A stretch of DNA of 64,000 nucleotides, from contig MU058781.1 of the NCBI GenBank assembly GCA_013265495.1, positions 2,210,158 to 2,274,157 of the forward strand. Reading direction: 5' to 3'. Below the pieces are notes generated by a model. That model saw nothing but the letters and a program-made list of their open reading frames with translations, made no database searches and was not told the origin of the DNA. The translations under genes and the position numbers were made by a program. This DNA comes from Vicugna vicugna (taxonomy: Eukaryota). Positions within the stretch are counted from its first letter, which is position 1. The number at the start of each line of letters is the position of its first letter. Below are positions 37,271 through 50,490 of this stretch, piece after piece.

Positions 37271-38610
37271 AAATGTTTTATGTTTTTATACCACTGTAAA
37301 TAGTATTTTTGAACGTTTTATTTTCCATATTTTGCTATTATTAAATAGCAAGATAATTGATTTTTGCACGTTGACCTTATGTCTTCTAATATTGATAAAT
37401 TCATTAATTAGTTCTGGTAGTGGGGTTTTTATATAATTTTCTCTGGATTCTATATATGGTGGACCTCCTTTAATCTTCCATTTCCCTTAACTAACGCCTT
37501 ATGTTTTCTGTTTTTGTCTTTCTGTGTTAAAGTTAGGATAATTTCTTTTGATCTGTAGTCTGTTTCTCTCAAGCTTTGTCGATTATGCTCTCAGACCCAT
37601 CAGTTGAGTTTTTAATTTATGTTTTTGTATTTTTCATTTCTATATGTTCTACTTGGTTCCTTTTCAAACACACTAGGTCATTTTTTTCAAATTCCTATTA
37701 ACTGCAGATTTTAAGTCTTTATTTTTTTAAACATAGATAATTTACAATTTGCCTCCAGTTATTCCAGGACCTGCCTGAAGTCTTTCAGGGTCTGTTTATA
37801 TAGTTCTGTATTTTTCTTTTGCTGCTGTTTCTTTCTCATCATAACTTTTTTCCTTGTGGCTTGGTTGCCATTGACTTCTCACTTCTTATGTTCCCTGGGA
37901 CGTAGTTTTAGTGATTTCTGTGACTTGGGTGAAGGAGCCTTTCTTCAGATAGTTTTGCATTTGCCTCTCCAGACATTTAGGGGCCCTACCTCTCTATAAC
38001 CAGTTCAAATTAAAGTCATGGCTTGAAGTTTTCTGAATGACTTCTGGGTTTTCAATTTGTGCTACAAAGCCTTGGGGGGGGGGTGCTTATCTCTGGGTAG
38101 AACTACTTAAGGACAGATTGTGTGTGTGTGTGTGTGTTTCCCTTCTTTGCTCTATTAAGACATCTCTATCTTTGGACTGGTTTTTTGTGTTTCTTTTTTC
38201 CTTTTTTTTTTTTTTGAAGGAAGGGAATGAAGGGTAGGTAATTTTACTTCTGGCTTACCTTTATCCTGTGGGTTCTTCCTTTGGAATTCTAGGTTAATAT
38301 AAGAGGTGGTGTCTAATAGTAACGTGTCAACCTGGGTGGATCCTAGGCTTTGCCTTCTGTCTCTCTTCCTCTATGAGGTCTTCAAAATAGTAACATAAGT
38401 CCCCCAGTATATGTCCTCAAAGCAAAAGTCTTTGGTTGCTTTTCTTGCCTTTCTGGGTTCTTGGAGTTTCTTATAAATTCGTCTGGTAATTCTTCATTAT
38501 CTTGTCATTCTTTTGATGGTTTAGAGGAGATTTGAAAATTACTTTATCAATTTTTAGTTGATTTTGGCAGGAGGGTTGGTGCAAATGGCCCAGCCCTTCA
38601 TTACTGGCAA
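37270..38610 (-). mobile_element. Old L1M fragments (ORF2 piece, ORF1/5' UTR)
   Basis: ttgattttttgcacgttgacctta; ttgtatttttcatttctatatgttctacttggttccttttc. Confidence 0.65.
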
Positions 38611-38884
38611 AGGAGGAAAATGAAATTTGGAACATTTTTAAATAATCTCTATTTCACCATTTCTAAGTATAAAAGTATTCCCCTAAATTGGTAAGTTTCA
38701 CTACATTTACGTATGTTTACTTAGTGAATTTTTAAAATTCTGCATGGCAAGAAAGAAAAATAAAAAAGAAATCACAAAGAAAGCCAGTAGACATTCAACA
38801 AATGGGGAGAAATATTTGAAACTCATATAAAAAGCTCAAAGGAAAGAAAGGACTGATTTTTAAAATATACTTAGAGCTCTACAT

Positions 38885-39430
38885 TATTATTGATTGATGT
38901 GCAATAAATCACTTCAGAACTTAGTAGCTTAGAACATCAAACAGTTATTATCTCTCAGTTCTTGAGGGTCAGGAAGCCGGGAGCAGGTTAGCTGGGTGGC
39001 TCTGGCTCAGAGTCTCTCATGAGACTGCAGTAGAGCTGTTGGCTGGGGCTACAGTCTCATCTAAAAGCTCAACTAGGGCTACAGGACCCACTTCTAAGGT
39101 CATTCTTGTGACTCTTTGCGGGAAACCTCAGTTCATCACTGGCCACTTGCTGGATGCCTCGATTCCTCAGTACTGGCCTTCTCCTTCAGCTGCTGGCTGA
39201 GATGGCAGCTGGTTTCCTTCAGAGTAAGGAACCCAAAATAGAGAGCCCACCAAGAGAGACGTACAGTGACTTTTACAAGCTAATCTTGAACATGACACAC
39301 CATCACTTCTGCCATATAATATTATTTCACTCAGACCAACCCTGGAACAACATGGGAGGGGACTACACAAAAGTGTGAATACCAGAGGTGGGGGTCACCT
39401 GGGCCTGTCTTGGAGGCTACCTGCTACAAG
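38885..39430 (-). mobile_element. MaLR LTR (MLT1F-like)
   Basis: ttattatctctcagttcttgagggtcaggaagcc...catcacttctgccatat...gtgtgaataccagaggtgggg. Confidence 0.8.
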
Positions 39431-39439
39431 TACCTACAG

Positions 39440-40300
39440 TTTAATAAGGAAAAAGAGGCCCTCAAAACAGAAAAATAGAAAGAAGATATAAAAGTCTGTT
39501 CATAGAAGTACATATAAATTATACATACTAAAATACATCTTAGACATAAAAAGATGCTCAACTTCACTCAGAATAAGAATAATGTAAATTAAAACTATAT
39601 TGAGATAGGATTTCTATCCATATATTGTATAACCCACTGTATTGTTGAGGATTTGGAGAAACAGGGCTTCATATCTTATCAGTGAGTATAGACATTGGTA
39701 AAACCTCTATGAAGAGTAATTTGGCAATAACTATTAATAGTTAAAAAAAAAACCCACACATTTCCTTTAATCCAACAATTCCACTTCTAGGAGTTTATCC
39801 TAAATATATTCTGGCACACATGCAAGATGATGTCTGTATGGAGATCTTTATTGCAGCATCAACTTACAATAACAAAAGACTGGAAACCATCTGAATCTCC
39901 ATCAATAGGGAACTGATTACATAAATTATGGTAATATACATATAATAGAATTCTATGAATCACTTAAAAAAGAATGAAGCAGCCCTCTTTACATACATAC
40001 ATACATACATTTAGGATTTTCTCCAATGTGAGCTGAAAGATGTGAAACCAAGGTGCAGAACAGCATGTCATCATTTGTGAGAAAAAGATACATGTATGTG
40101 CTTGTGCATGAGTATAGTATCTCTAGAAGCATATGCAAGAGACAGGAATTATAGTTGCTTTTGTTGAGGGGAACTGGGTGGTTAGGGAATTAATGGTATG
40201 AGAGAGACTTACTTTTTATGCATTCTTCTTATACTTTTTGAATTTTATAATATGTGCATGCATTAACCACTCAACAATAATGAAAATATTTTTAAAAAGT
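39440..40300 (+). mobile_element. L1ME-type 3' end
   Basis: aaaagatgctcaacttcactc...caacaattccacttctaggagtttatccta. Confidence 0.8.
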
Positions 40301-40929
40301 GTATTATAACAACCTGAAATGATGGTGCCCTAAGCTAAGAGAAGTAAAATTGGCAGGACATGGTAAGTAATTGGAGTGGTGAATGGGAGAAGTGTCCAGA
40401 ATGATGCTCAGATTCCTGCTATAGGCACACAAGTAGATAAAAGATAGAGAACCTAAGAGTATATCTCTTAGAAGAAAATGTATGTATTTGATAAGATGAT
40501 TAAGTTTTATAGAGATACCACATTTTAACAATCTCAAGGCTATTCTTTCCTGCATTGTTTCATAAGGTTCTTGCAATTAGAGATTATATTTTAAATTTCC
40601 CTGTGTCTCTTACAGTACATAGTATGGTGTCTGACTTGTTATAGATGCCCAGTAGATATTTGTTAGATAAATGTCTGAAAGTAATTTCTGAAAATGTATT
40701 TTTATCTTTTCAGAAGGGGTGTTAAATATTTGCCCAGATATTTGCAGAGTGTGAGCATCAAAGATACTGAAAATAAAATGTCTCATCATCTTTTTACCCG
40801 AGGGTGAGGGAGCACAGGTGGAGAAAAGATGAAGTTCGTGCAGCAAGTTGTTAATCAGAACAATGCATAGGACTTTCAGAACCTAAGATGATTTGTTTTA
40901 ATATCTCTAAGAAAAGGGATGAGTTTATT

Positions 40930-40948
40930 CAGCCACCAGGGGGCTCTC
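40930..40948 (+). promoter_or_regulatory. CTCF binding motif
   Basis: CAGCCACCAGGGGGCTCTC vs consensus TGGCCACCAGGGGGCGCTA; the core CCACCAGGGGGC is perfect; in unique sequence. Confidence 0.6.
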
Positions 40949-42039
40949 ATTATTCCATTTGATTGTATACCGAGAACTGTTCATGAGATAGAAAAAGGCA
41001 CAGTTGAAGAGCAAAAGAGAATATATATATCCTTTCCTACTCCATTAACTTTATACTATCATTGTAAAGATATCCTGCCAAATCATCATATTGCAAGATA
41101 AGAGAATTGGAATTTTAAAATGTACTTTAAATACTCGATTTCCAAATGTCATGGAGGGCCTCTTTGTCTTTTGTTAGTTAAAAAGTGAATTTATCTCTAA
41201 TCCCTGTAAATAATGCAAGGACTGTTTACCCTGCATTCCCGTATGTTGGTTCGGTGGAAAGGAGGGAGTTACTACCTGAAGTGGTGATGTTTGCTGAAAT
41301 TTTAGTGCTTAATGAAGACTTAGAGGATTCTAAAAACTGGGATTGCTGAAGTCTGTGGCATTTACAATTTTTCATTGCCTTTTCCCATTTTTATTCTGTT
41401 AGGTTATATGTAATGCTCTCCTATTTGTACCTGAAATCAGGGAATGATTTGGATCCTTTTGTTCATTTTGTGAAATTATGCAGACAATAGGCTAGTTAGT
41501 GTTCCTCCCATTAAAATCTTTTTACCCCTGGTAGCTCAACTGGCTGCTTTGTGCTCTGTGATTTAACACTAAATCCACCAAGATCACAAGTGTTAACCAG
41601 TAAATATATCCCTCATTGGATTAACAGAGTCTTTGAGTTAAGAGAGCAGAGATGAAAATGGAGGTTTATTGAGTACCACCCACTGGCCTGTGTTCTAGTT
41701 TCATTATTATAGTCCATCCCTACAGGAACTCTAGCACAAGTATTGCTCTCCTAATTTGTATAGGAGGAAACCCAGATCTGAAAGGTTGAATGAGTCACCC
41801 AAGATGATAAATGCTGTGGACTAACTGAATTTAGCCTGCCTATTGAAGGTCATCTTCTTTCTGACATTGCAGTAGCACCCATAATATGAGCTTATATTTT
41901 GGGCTATCTTTATCCTTTGACTACCTAAAGATTCCTTTCCCCAAGCCATTCAGGGGTCTTTGGAACTGTAGCTCATTGGTGGAGCTATAAGACAATATGT
42001 TTGATAGCCCCTGAAATGTCTACTTAGAGTGTCGTGTAA

Positions 42040-42600
42040 TGGTGGCTGCAGCAACATCATAAGGCCCCTCCCCATGTGCAGTGGGAGAAGGCAGAGTGCC
42101 CCCCAGCCCTCAGTCAACCACAGTGTAGAGGGCAGTGATGAGACCCTTGCTGGTCTTCTGTAGTAACTACCATGGTTTGGCCATGGCTACTCTCCTCATT
42201 CCAGATACTACTGGCCTCTGACTGTGGGATGGTCTGCAGGTAAACATAGGCAGGGTTGAGGAGCCCCCAGAGCAGTGATTGGATATATTGATCATTTGCA
42301 TTGAACTTGTATGAGAATGGGCTTTGCCCCCAGGAGGAAGGCAAGAGGACATAAGCTTATGGATTTGCCCTGACCCCTTCATACCTTCTTACCCAGTTTA
42401 CCTGGTAAGCAGTGTCATATGAACAGGATGGTAGTGTGAGGTTGGTTGTAAAATCTGTAGCCATGGAGGGCAGTGGCCTTTAGCACCTCGATCAGGAAGC
42501 CACACCCCAAGATCATGGCCTTGTGAGCATCATAAGCACATGTGAAGATGTACCAAATACTAATCTGTGCAGTACAGGCCCACCCCCTTGTAGCCCAGCC
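42040..42600 (-). pseudogene. Degenerate coding-like relic (possible 5'-truncated processed pseudogene), parent not recognised
   Basis: Successive frameshifted segments read WYIFTCAYDAHKAMILGCGFLIEVLKATALHGYRFYNQPHTTILF / WGQSPFSYKFNANDQYIQSLLWGLLNPAYVYLQTIPQ / LLQKTSKGLITALYTVVD* (TGA at 42110-42112), then GC-rich UTR-like sequence. No introns apparent. Confidence 0.45.
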
Positions 42601-43005
42601 TCTAAAGCAGAGCATTGTGAAACACCAAGTCCCCTTAGAGTCACATGTGGAGCAGTCTCAGATGTTAATTTTCAAAGCAACACTCATACATTAGATTTTT
42701 TTTCTGAAATCTGTTCCACTGAATGGACTCATGAGGGAGGACAGACGGTTGTTTCCTTGACTGGATGATGTGGGATTTTGGGAGACTCTTGAATGAAGAG
42801 GAGAGAGAGAGTTTGGCAAAACGGAAGCTGAGGGCTTATTATAGGCCTGTGAGTCACAGGGACTGCAGGCAAGTGATCCGGAGAAGGGTGAGTGAGTGAG
42901 GGGCGGGCATGGAGCAAGGGCCTGGGTTGGGGAACAGTGCAGACAGGGGGGAGGCAAGGCCAGGGAGGGGAAAAGCGAGGCCAGGGAAGAGGAGAGGTAG
43001 AGGAG

Positions 43006-43052
43006 TGTATTAGCCAGGATTCTTCAGAGAAACAAAACCAGTAGGGTGGTAT

Positions 43053-43083
<31 letters not shown>

Positions 43084-43330
43084 CTAGTGTGTAGAGAAAG
43101 GAGGAGGGAGGGGGAGAGAGAGAGGTTTTAAGGAATTGGCTTACACTGTTGTGGAGGTTGGCAAGCCTCGATCTGCAGAGTGGGCTAGAGGCTGGAGATC
43201 CAGGAGAGACAGTGCTGCAGTTCAAATCCAAAGGATGTCTGCTGGCAGAATTCCCACAGGAGCCTCCGCTGAGCTCTGGTAGTCCAGGCTCTTTCACTGC
43301 TAGGGAGCTGCACTGAGATCCGAAGGTAGA
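43006..43330 (-). mobile_element. ERVL LTR (MLT2-like) with an internal (TG)n tract
   Basis: tgtattagccaggattcttcagagaaacaaaacc...ttttaaggaattggcttacac...tctgctggcagaattcc. Confidence 0.8.
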
Positions 43331-43615
43331 TGTGAGAAAGCCCAACCAGAAAGCTCTGGAGAGGACTGCAAACCATTCTCAGAGCCCAGCTCCATACTCT
43401 GCCTCAAAATCACCTCCAATACTGCATCTGAAGGGGGTAGACCATCAGTCATACCACCAGCTGCCGAGTGCTCAGATGGCAGGGCTCCAGAAGGCAGCTA
43501 AGACAGAGGGAGGTGGCTCTCCCGGGTGATGTTTAAAACAACCTAAACTTATACATTCAATCAGACCTCAGCTGCTGTCATTTCCAAGTGATTTTCAAGC
43601 CGAATTCCCATATAT

Positions 43616-43775
43616 CAGTGTTTCCAACTTTAGCTGCACATTTGAATGACCTAGAAGTGTTTTTGAAATTCCCAGTACCTAATCCATAGCCTAGAACAAT
43701 TCAGAATCTCTGGAGGAGGGATCTAAGCTCCCTAGGTGACTCCAGATATGCAGGCAATACTGAATAGCTCTGCTG
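43616..43775. mobile_element. MER5-like hAT MITE
   Basis: cagtgtttccaactttagctgcacatttgaatgacct...tcagaatctctggagg...ctaggtgactcc. Confidence 0.7.
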
Positions 43776-43802
43776 TATACACTCTAGCTGCTCTTTGGAC
43801 TA

Positions 43803-44030
43803 CAGTTAACCCTTGAATAATACTAGTTGGAACTGCATGGGTTGACTTTTACACAGATTTTTTTTTCAGTAGTAACTGCTACAGTACCACGTGATCTGCT
43901 GTGGGTTTGAACCTGTGCATGTAGAACCATGAATACAGAGGAACCTTGTATATGGAGAGTAGATTGATACAGATTTTGCACTGTGTGGAGGGTTGGCATC
44001 CCTACCCCTGCATTGTTCAGGGGTCAGCTC
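43803..44030 (+). mobile_element. Tigger2/MER8-like MITE
   Basis: TIRs cagttaacccttgaataat / attgttcaggggtcagctc flanked by TA...TA. Confidence 0.85.
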
Positions 44031-44591
44031 TATTTCCTTTCCCACCTCCCCTGTATGAGGCTCCCCTGCAATGTCCAGTTAACCCATTTTCATGGCCGTT
44101 CAGATTGCTAGGGCTCTGGAAAGAGGTTTTCTTGGGTCTTGCACCTTCTCACATTGCATAAGAAGGTTTAAAATGAAAATATTTAATGTTTTGACCTTGA
44201 GGAGACAGCAGGAAGGATTGATCTTCTAGACAACATGAAGGAAGCAGAAGCAGGATTTGATAGAAGTTACATGGCATAAAAAAACGGGGCATCCAAGGTG
44301 TCCCACTGGGCTTGGGCTCTATTTTCCTGGGATAATTCTTCTTTGGGCAGATTTCATCAACCTCACTGAGCTTTAGTTTCTTTATCTTTAACATTGGGAT
44401 AATAACATATGCCTTTCAGACAGGGGAGGATTAGAGATCATGAATTGTAAATAGGCATCCTGTAGTGGGCACTCAAAGGTGGTGTACGCTGTTGGTGACT
44501 GCTTGACTTAAGATGAGAGAGAGGAATTAAAAGCCAGAATTTGATATCCATTGACCTCTGGCCTTCAGTCTCCTCATTTGTAAAATAAGAA

Positions 44592-45068
44592 TGTGCAGGG
44601 TTGAGTATTATCTCCTCAATATTAATGTCCATTTGGAACCTCAGAATGTGACCTTATTAGGAAATGGGATCTTTGCTGATGGGATTTCTTAAGGATCTTG
44701 AAATGGAGTTATCCTAGACTTAGGATAGGCCCAAAGACCAATGACTGTTGTCTTTATATGAGAAAGGAGAGGGAAATTTGGTCATAGATTCCAGATTTCC
44801 TCTAAAGTAAGAGACACAGAGACGTACAAAGTAATATGCCACATGAAGATAGAAGCTGAGACTGGAGCGATACAACTGCAAACCGAGGATTATTAAGAAC
44901 CATCAGAAGGAAGGATTCTTCCCCAGAGCATTCAGAGGGAGCATGGGGCTGCTGACACCTTGGTTTCAGACTGCTAGCCTCTGGAACTATGAGAAGATAA
45001 ACTTCTGTTGTGTTTAAGGCACCTAGTTTTTGGTCCTTTGTTACGGTAGCCCTAGGAAACCAATTCAG
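44592..45068 (+). mobile_element. MaLR solo LTR (MLT1C-like), inserted in a MIR
   Basis: ggaacctcagaatgtgaccttatt...ttgttacggtagccctaggaaaccaattca. Confidence 0.85.
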
Positions 45069-48000
45069 ATAATAATAAGCTACTTCTAGGTTATTGCAGC
45101 TATAAATGAATTTGTATTATAAATATAATTAAATTTAGAAATGGTAAAGTTTTTCCTAAATGTTAATTAGGATTATTTAGATACTGGATAAAAAGCCTAG
45201 TCTGATAATATTGTGTGCTAGGACCCAGGGTTCCTGGCACTTTGAGGGCCTTTCTAAGGTGACTGTGTGAAAGATGAAGTGAAATGGCAGGTGCTGAGTG
45301 CAGAAGTGGGCAAGGTGAGAGGTAGTAAGGCAGCAGGTCAAAATCAAAGTGTTGCCTTCTCTTGGCACCTCAACCTACCAACCAGGAAGAAAGGACTGCT
45401 TGTCCTTTAATGTCAACCACACAAGCACGACCCCTTGTAACTTGCACATAAACACATGCACACACAAATAGCTTAGAGCTTTCCTGGCTATCATCCTTGG
45501 ACACCCTCCCCTGAATTTGTGCTTTCAATCTCTCTCATAAGCATCTATGAACCAAGATTCATGTGCACGTGACGTTTTCATTAAACCCACTAGAACGTAC
45601 AGCAGAGTCTCCCTTTATCATTGTTGATACAGTCACACAAGTAATCCCTGTATTCCACACCCAGGGTCTAAGATGACTCCCCGACAGGCCCAAGAGAGGT
45701 TCATCTGTAAGTTGGAAGGATATTTTGCAAAAGGTCTTTTATTTTCCTTGATGTGAGGTTTACCCAGAAATCCACGTTGCTGAGCAGGAAGACTATGAAT
45801 GAATTGGTTGCAGGCATCTCTTGGCCTTTTTCTCTTAGTTTGGTGATATGAGAACACTGAAAGTTCACGATGGCAGGAAATCTAGTAGAAGAAAATATAG
45901 GCAGTGCCAATGCAATCTATTTTACAGTTACAAGAATTTTATTTAACCCTGTGACTTGAAAAATTGGCAAAGTCGAGTTAATGCATTACATAAAATGTCA
46001 ACATGAGTGCTTTTAGAATTTAGTTAGAAAAATTTTCAAATGGAGTAAAACATACCCAGATTGAGAGTTTTCAGAATCGTGTACCAGATTCCTGGCAAAG
46101 TAAAAGTCATATAGTATTTGTTTTCCTAACTCTACATCATCTAACTTCATAATTTGAATCTTAATAAAATTAGGTGTTGAGTGAAAACAAATCCCTAAAG
46201 TGTAACCAAATATATTGGCTCAGGCCACACTTAAGCCTCAGCGGAAGGTTTTGTAAGCTCTTGTAGTGGAAGCGTTTTTTTCTCTTCTTCCTGTCAGCAT
46301 CTCAGAGGAGCTGAGTCTAGCAGAGCAGCTGCTAACAGAGTGAGCTGAAAAAACAAGGCTTAGTTCTACATTCCCAGAGGTGCTGCAGGATAAAAGGAGG
46401 CAAGCCCTAAACCCTAATACAAATGGCCAGGGCAATGGCCACCATGTCCCTGCTCTCAGGCCGTGGTGTGCATATGGCCAGGTCCAAACCATAGTAGGCA
46501 CTTTACAATTACTTGTTCAGTGAATGAATGAATCCTACAATACATTGGAGTGCAGTGTTGTTCAACTTATTGGTTGCAATCTTATTGTTGGATTAAGAAA
46601 TCAATTTAATTATCATGATATCTTTCAAATAATAGAATAGCAAATAACAGGATAGAAAATAAAATGGTCTATCACACATATTAAAAGTGTGTGTGCATAT
46701 GTTGTGTGTGTATTTCTACTGAGCTATGATGTAAAATATATTTCTGAAAGCATCAGTCAGGAAATATTAAAAGCCACTGAGTGAGTAGAAACTATTGATG
46801 CTTTTGGGTTGGATAGATCTGGGTTTGAATTTTGATGCTATCAAGAGAGAGTGAGGCTGTTACTTAAATCTGTCTGAGCGTCAAATGTGTATTTAAAGTT
46901 AACTTTATATTATGCACTGTTCTTTGTGTGTGGGATACAGTGATGAATAAGATAGACTCCTTGCCCTCAAGAAAGAACACAGTGTGTTCTTAATAAGTTT
47001 CAGTCTCTAGTCAACACTTCAGGGTCTTTGGGACTGGTTGATGAGATGTTTGGGTAAGAAGGAATTTTGGGGAAGTTCCACCCTGCCTGAAGTTCTTCAG
47101 GAGCCAATGGAATCCATTTTTCTCTTTGCTGTCTCCTCTCTTCTTAAGAGTGGTGACAACCCAACACTAACTAACTTCTCTCCCCAGCCATAAAGCAAGT
47201 CTGAATTCCTGTAGTGCCAGCCAGTCAAGACTGAAATCATAAAATGTGGTATGTCACAGCTGTGCCTCCTCTTTCCACTCCTTCAAAGGCATACAGAATT
47301 TTGCTGATCCATCAATAGCCAGGATCACTGTCTACTCTATTTAGGGGTACTCTAACCATAGATTAGTTCTCTCAGGGAGGGGTGAGAGTCAAACACACAT
47401 ACCCAGTTCACTTTTTGGCAGCACATATGGTAAAACATTGTGAACTAGGCAAAGTTTGTCCTCTGAGTCTGTAGCTGATCCTTTCTGTACCATTTTTTTC
47501 TCACAATATTCCCATTTTTAGTCTACCAAGTATGCCTTCTCTCATGTTAAAACTTGCTTTTAAATCATCAAATATCCTTCATTGATGATTGAACATGAAT
47601 GAGTACAAGACCATAGGTCACCTCTTTCATAAGTATTTACATGTTAAATTTGTCTCTCCATGTAAAATGAAAGGCTTTTTTATTCCTAGTGAAGAATTTT
47701 ATATTTTGGTACATTGGCAAGATATTTTGGGTGGCAGTAGAGGCCCTTTCTTCTACTCATACCATGGATGTGGCTGAAGAAGCCTTGGTTATGATGAAAT
47801 GAGAGTCATACTAGACCAGACCTCAATGGCAGTAGAAATCATCTGTAAGGAAAGGGTGAGCAGGCACCTAAAGGGAAATAAATTCAGATCTAAACAAGAT
47901 TTGGTTTTGGTGCCCCCCCACTCTGTTTTAAAGATCAGTCTCCCTAACTTGGACCCCAGTACCCCATGGGTTCTCCTTGGGGTAATCGAGGTCATTCCTA

Positions 48001-49269
48001 TAGTCCAATCTGGAGTGTCACCTGCATGCAGTCTTTTTCAGGCCACCCCTCATCTCCTTTTTTTCTTTATCAAAAATTATTTGTCCTGTGTCTCATTGTA
48101 CCAAAGCTTTCCACTGCCAGATCACGTGAAACTATAATTTGGTTGTCATTGTTAATAGTAGTCTGGGATTTAAAATGGAGATAGTATCGTAAATGATAAT
48201 GAGTCTGATGTTGGGAATCTCAGCTTCTGGGAAAGGAGGAAGCTATTTGGGGATGACGCCTATAAGAGTAAGAATTTGTAAGTAATCCTCAAGTCAGTCT
48301 GTATGTACTTTCAGTACTTTCCAATGGATACAGAGAACTAGACATGGACCCTGCTCTCAAGGAGTTTGCAGTCAAGCAAGGTGGAATGGGAAATCTTGGA
48401 TGCCAAGCACTTGCGTTTATCACTTTAAGTAACCTTATTTAATCATAGTAGGTATTATCTTATGACTTTAAGGAACCACGACTTAGGAAAATAAACTGTT
48501 CTCCCCACGTTCTATATAAATATAGTGAGTGGTGGAGTCAGGATTTAAATTCAGATCTGGTCTAGTTCAGAAGCTTATGTTCTTTTCAGCATTCCATTCT
48601 GTTGTGGAAATAAAAGCCAAGGAGGAGAGGTGAAGAAGAAAGTGATAGAATGCTGTTTGCGGCTGATGTGGCCTGCTATGGGAGTTTACAGAAGGGAAGA
48701 GCCCAATGACCTGGAAGTAAGAGAAAACTTTTTAGGAGAACTGGGAAGTGGCACTCAAGTTGGGTATGAAGCCATGAAAGACAACTTATTTGATAGTAGC
48801 TGGAAGAAGAGAGGTCTTTCCAGGTAGGATGACCAGTAAAGGAAGGGCTTGGGAGTAGGAATAAAAATGTTACAGAGGCCAAAAGAGGGGAGACCTGATC
48901 AAGAGAATGAAGTTATTCCTTGTGGGCCACCCTCTCTTTCACCTCATTTTAATTCAGCTGAGAGGGAGCCAATGTAGGAGAGATTTCCCTCTAAGGAACA
49001 GGAGCTCAGGAAACATGTTCTTTCCCTCAGTCTTACCTGGAGCCACTGCCTCTGAGGAGGATATTCAGGGTCCCCAAGGCGAGGGGTCTTTCTCAGAAGT
49101 CCCTGATGATGCAAGTGGCAAGCTTCCGGGGAGCAAGGGCAAGGAAGCCAGGTGGTTCTTCCTTCTGTTTTTGGAATCCAGGCCAGTTTCAATTTACATA
49201 ACACAGTTTAATCCGTAGAAACAGGAGCCGGGAGGCAGGTTCTTTCTCTTTTTTTTCTCTCCAAGACAC

Positions 49270-49600
49270 AGAAACCTTTATTTTCTTTCTGCACCACAAA
49301 CCGATGCTGTTAAATAATATTGGATAATTGCACCTGTCGTACTCCCCATATTGTGCTGAGGAAAAATAATTGCTGGTTTTCTGCTTTGCAGTTTAGCTGT
49401 GACTCCATCATTTGACTCAGAGCATGTCATTTTCTCCCATTTTAGACTGTGTACAGTCAAACTGTGTGAAAGGACTCAGATAGCGGCCCTGCGTGTGTGA
49501 GTGGGCGCAGGCCTCATTCAGCAATGATTTCTAATTTATACAGCATTGAAAATCCACAGCTATAAATAAACAGTTCTTACTGGCTTTGCTGCCTACTCAA
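49270..49600. promoter_or_regulatory. Candidate enhancer downstream of ADTRP
   Basis: Unique sequence with clustered RUNX (accacaaa), AP-1 (tgactca) and MEF2-like (ctataaataa) motifs and several retained CpGs. Confidence 0.3.
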
Positions 49601-50274
49601 ATGTTTTATTAAAAAAAAAAAAGGAATCACCCACTGCATGAGAAAGGATAACAGTGTCTATATTTGGATTCTGGTTTCTGACACTTTGTGCCCTCAGAGG
49701 GGGAATGCCCAGATTAAGGATAGGTTCAGTGCTTACCCAGGTGGCCTTCTGGGAGGCCCAGCCTCCCCATACTTTCCTCATCCCCCTTGTGTCCCCCACA
49801 TGCCGGCGCAACATGTTTGGGGATTACAGTATATGAAACTGACTTCCTGTCATGACAAGTATTGCAAGTGAGTAGGTGCAGAGGAGCTGAAAATAGCTTG
49901 AGAATGTATGCCCCATTTGCAGGGAGTATGGGGCTGTGTATTGTTTAGGGAAACAAGGTAAGTCTTCTCCTCAAATTCAAAATTGGCGTCACATGTGAGA
50001 TAGCAAGTCTGGAACATAAGCACAGGTATAGACCAGTCCATGAGGCAGTGGTGGTGTTCCTGCCCCTGTCTGTATGGCTGAGAGTTTCCACAAAGTTGAG
50101 GGCCCCTACTCCCTTTTTTTGTCTAGCCTTGCAGATATACATACATTTTTGCTTTTTAAAATAAAGGCTTTTGGATGCTCAGTTCCTTCTAGGTCTGTAA
50201 TAAAGAGGAAGGAAAATGGGCTCGGGAATCAACCATCTGTGTGACCTTGGATCAGTCATTTCCCTTCTCTGAAC

Positions 50275-50490
50275 CCAGTGGTGTGCTGGAGTGAGCTTGT
50301 ACAGACTCTTGAGGATCCAGTGGTTGTATGTCTCTCTTCCTAAGTCTGCAGACAGTGGTATGTTGGTATTGTGAAAAAGACCATGTTGGAGTGTTTATAC
50401 CATGTCAATGGGCAAACACTAGAAATCAGGGCCTTTAATTTTTCTTTTTTCCAGAGAGTTGGATTTTAAACATTAATAGCACACCAGTAT
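50275..50490. mobile_element. MER63-like hAT MITE
   Basis: TIRs ccagtggtgtgctgg ... tagcacaccag. Confidence 0.7.
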
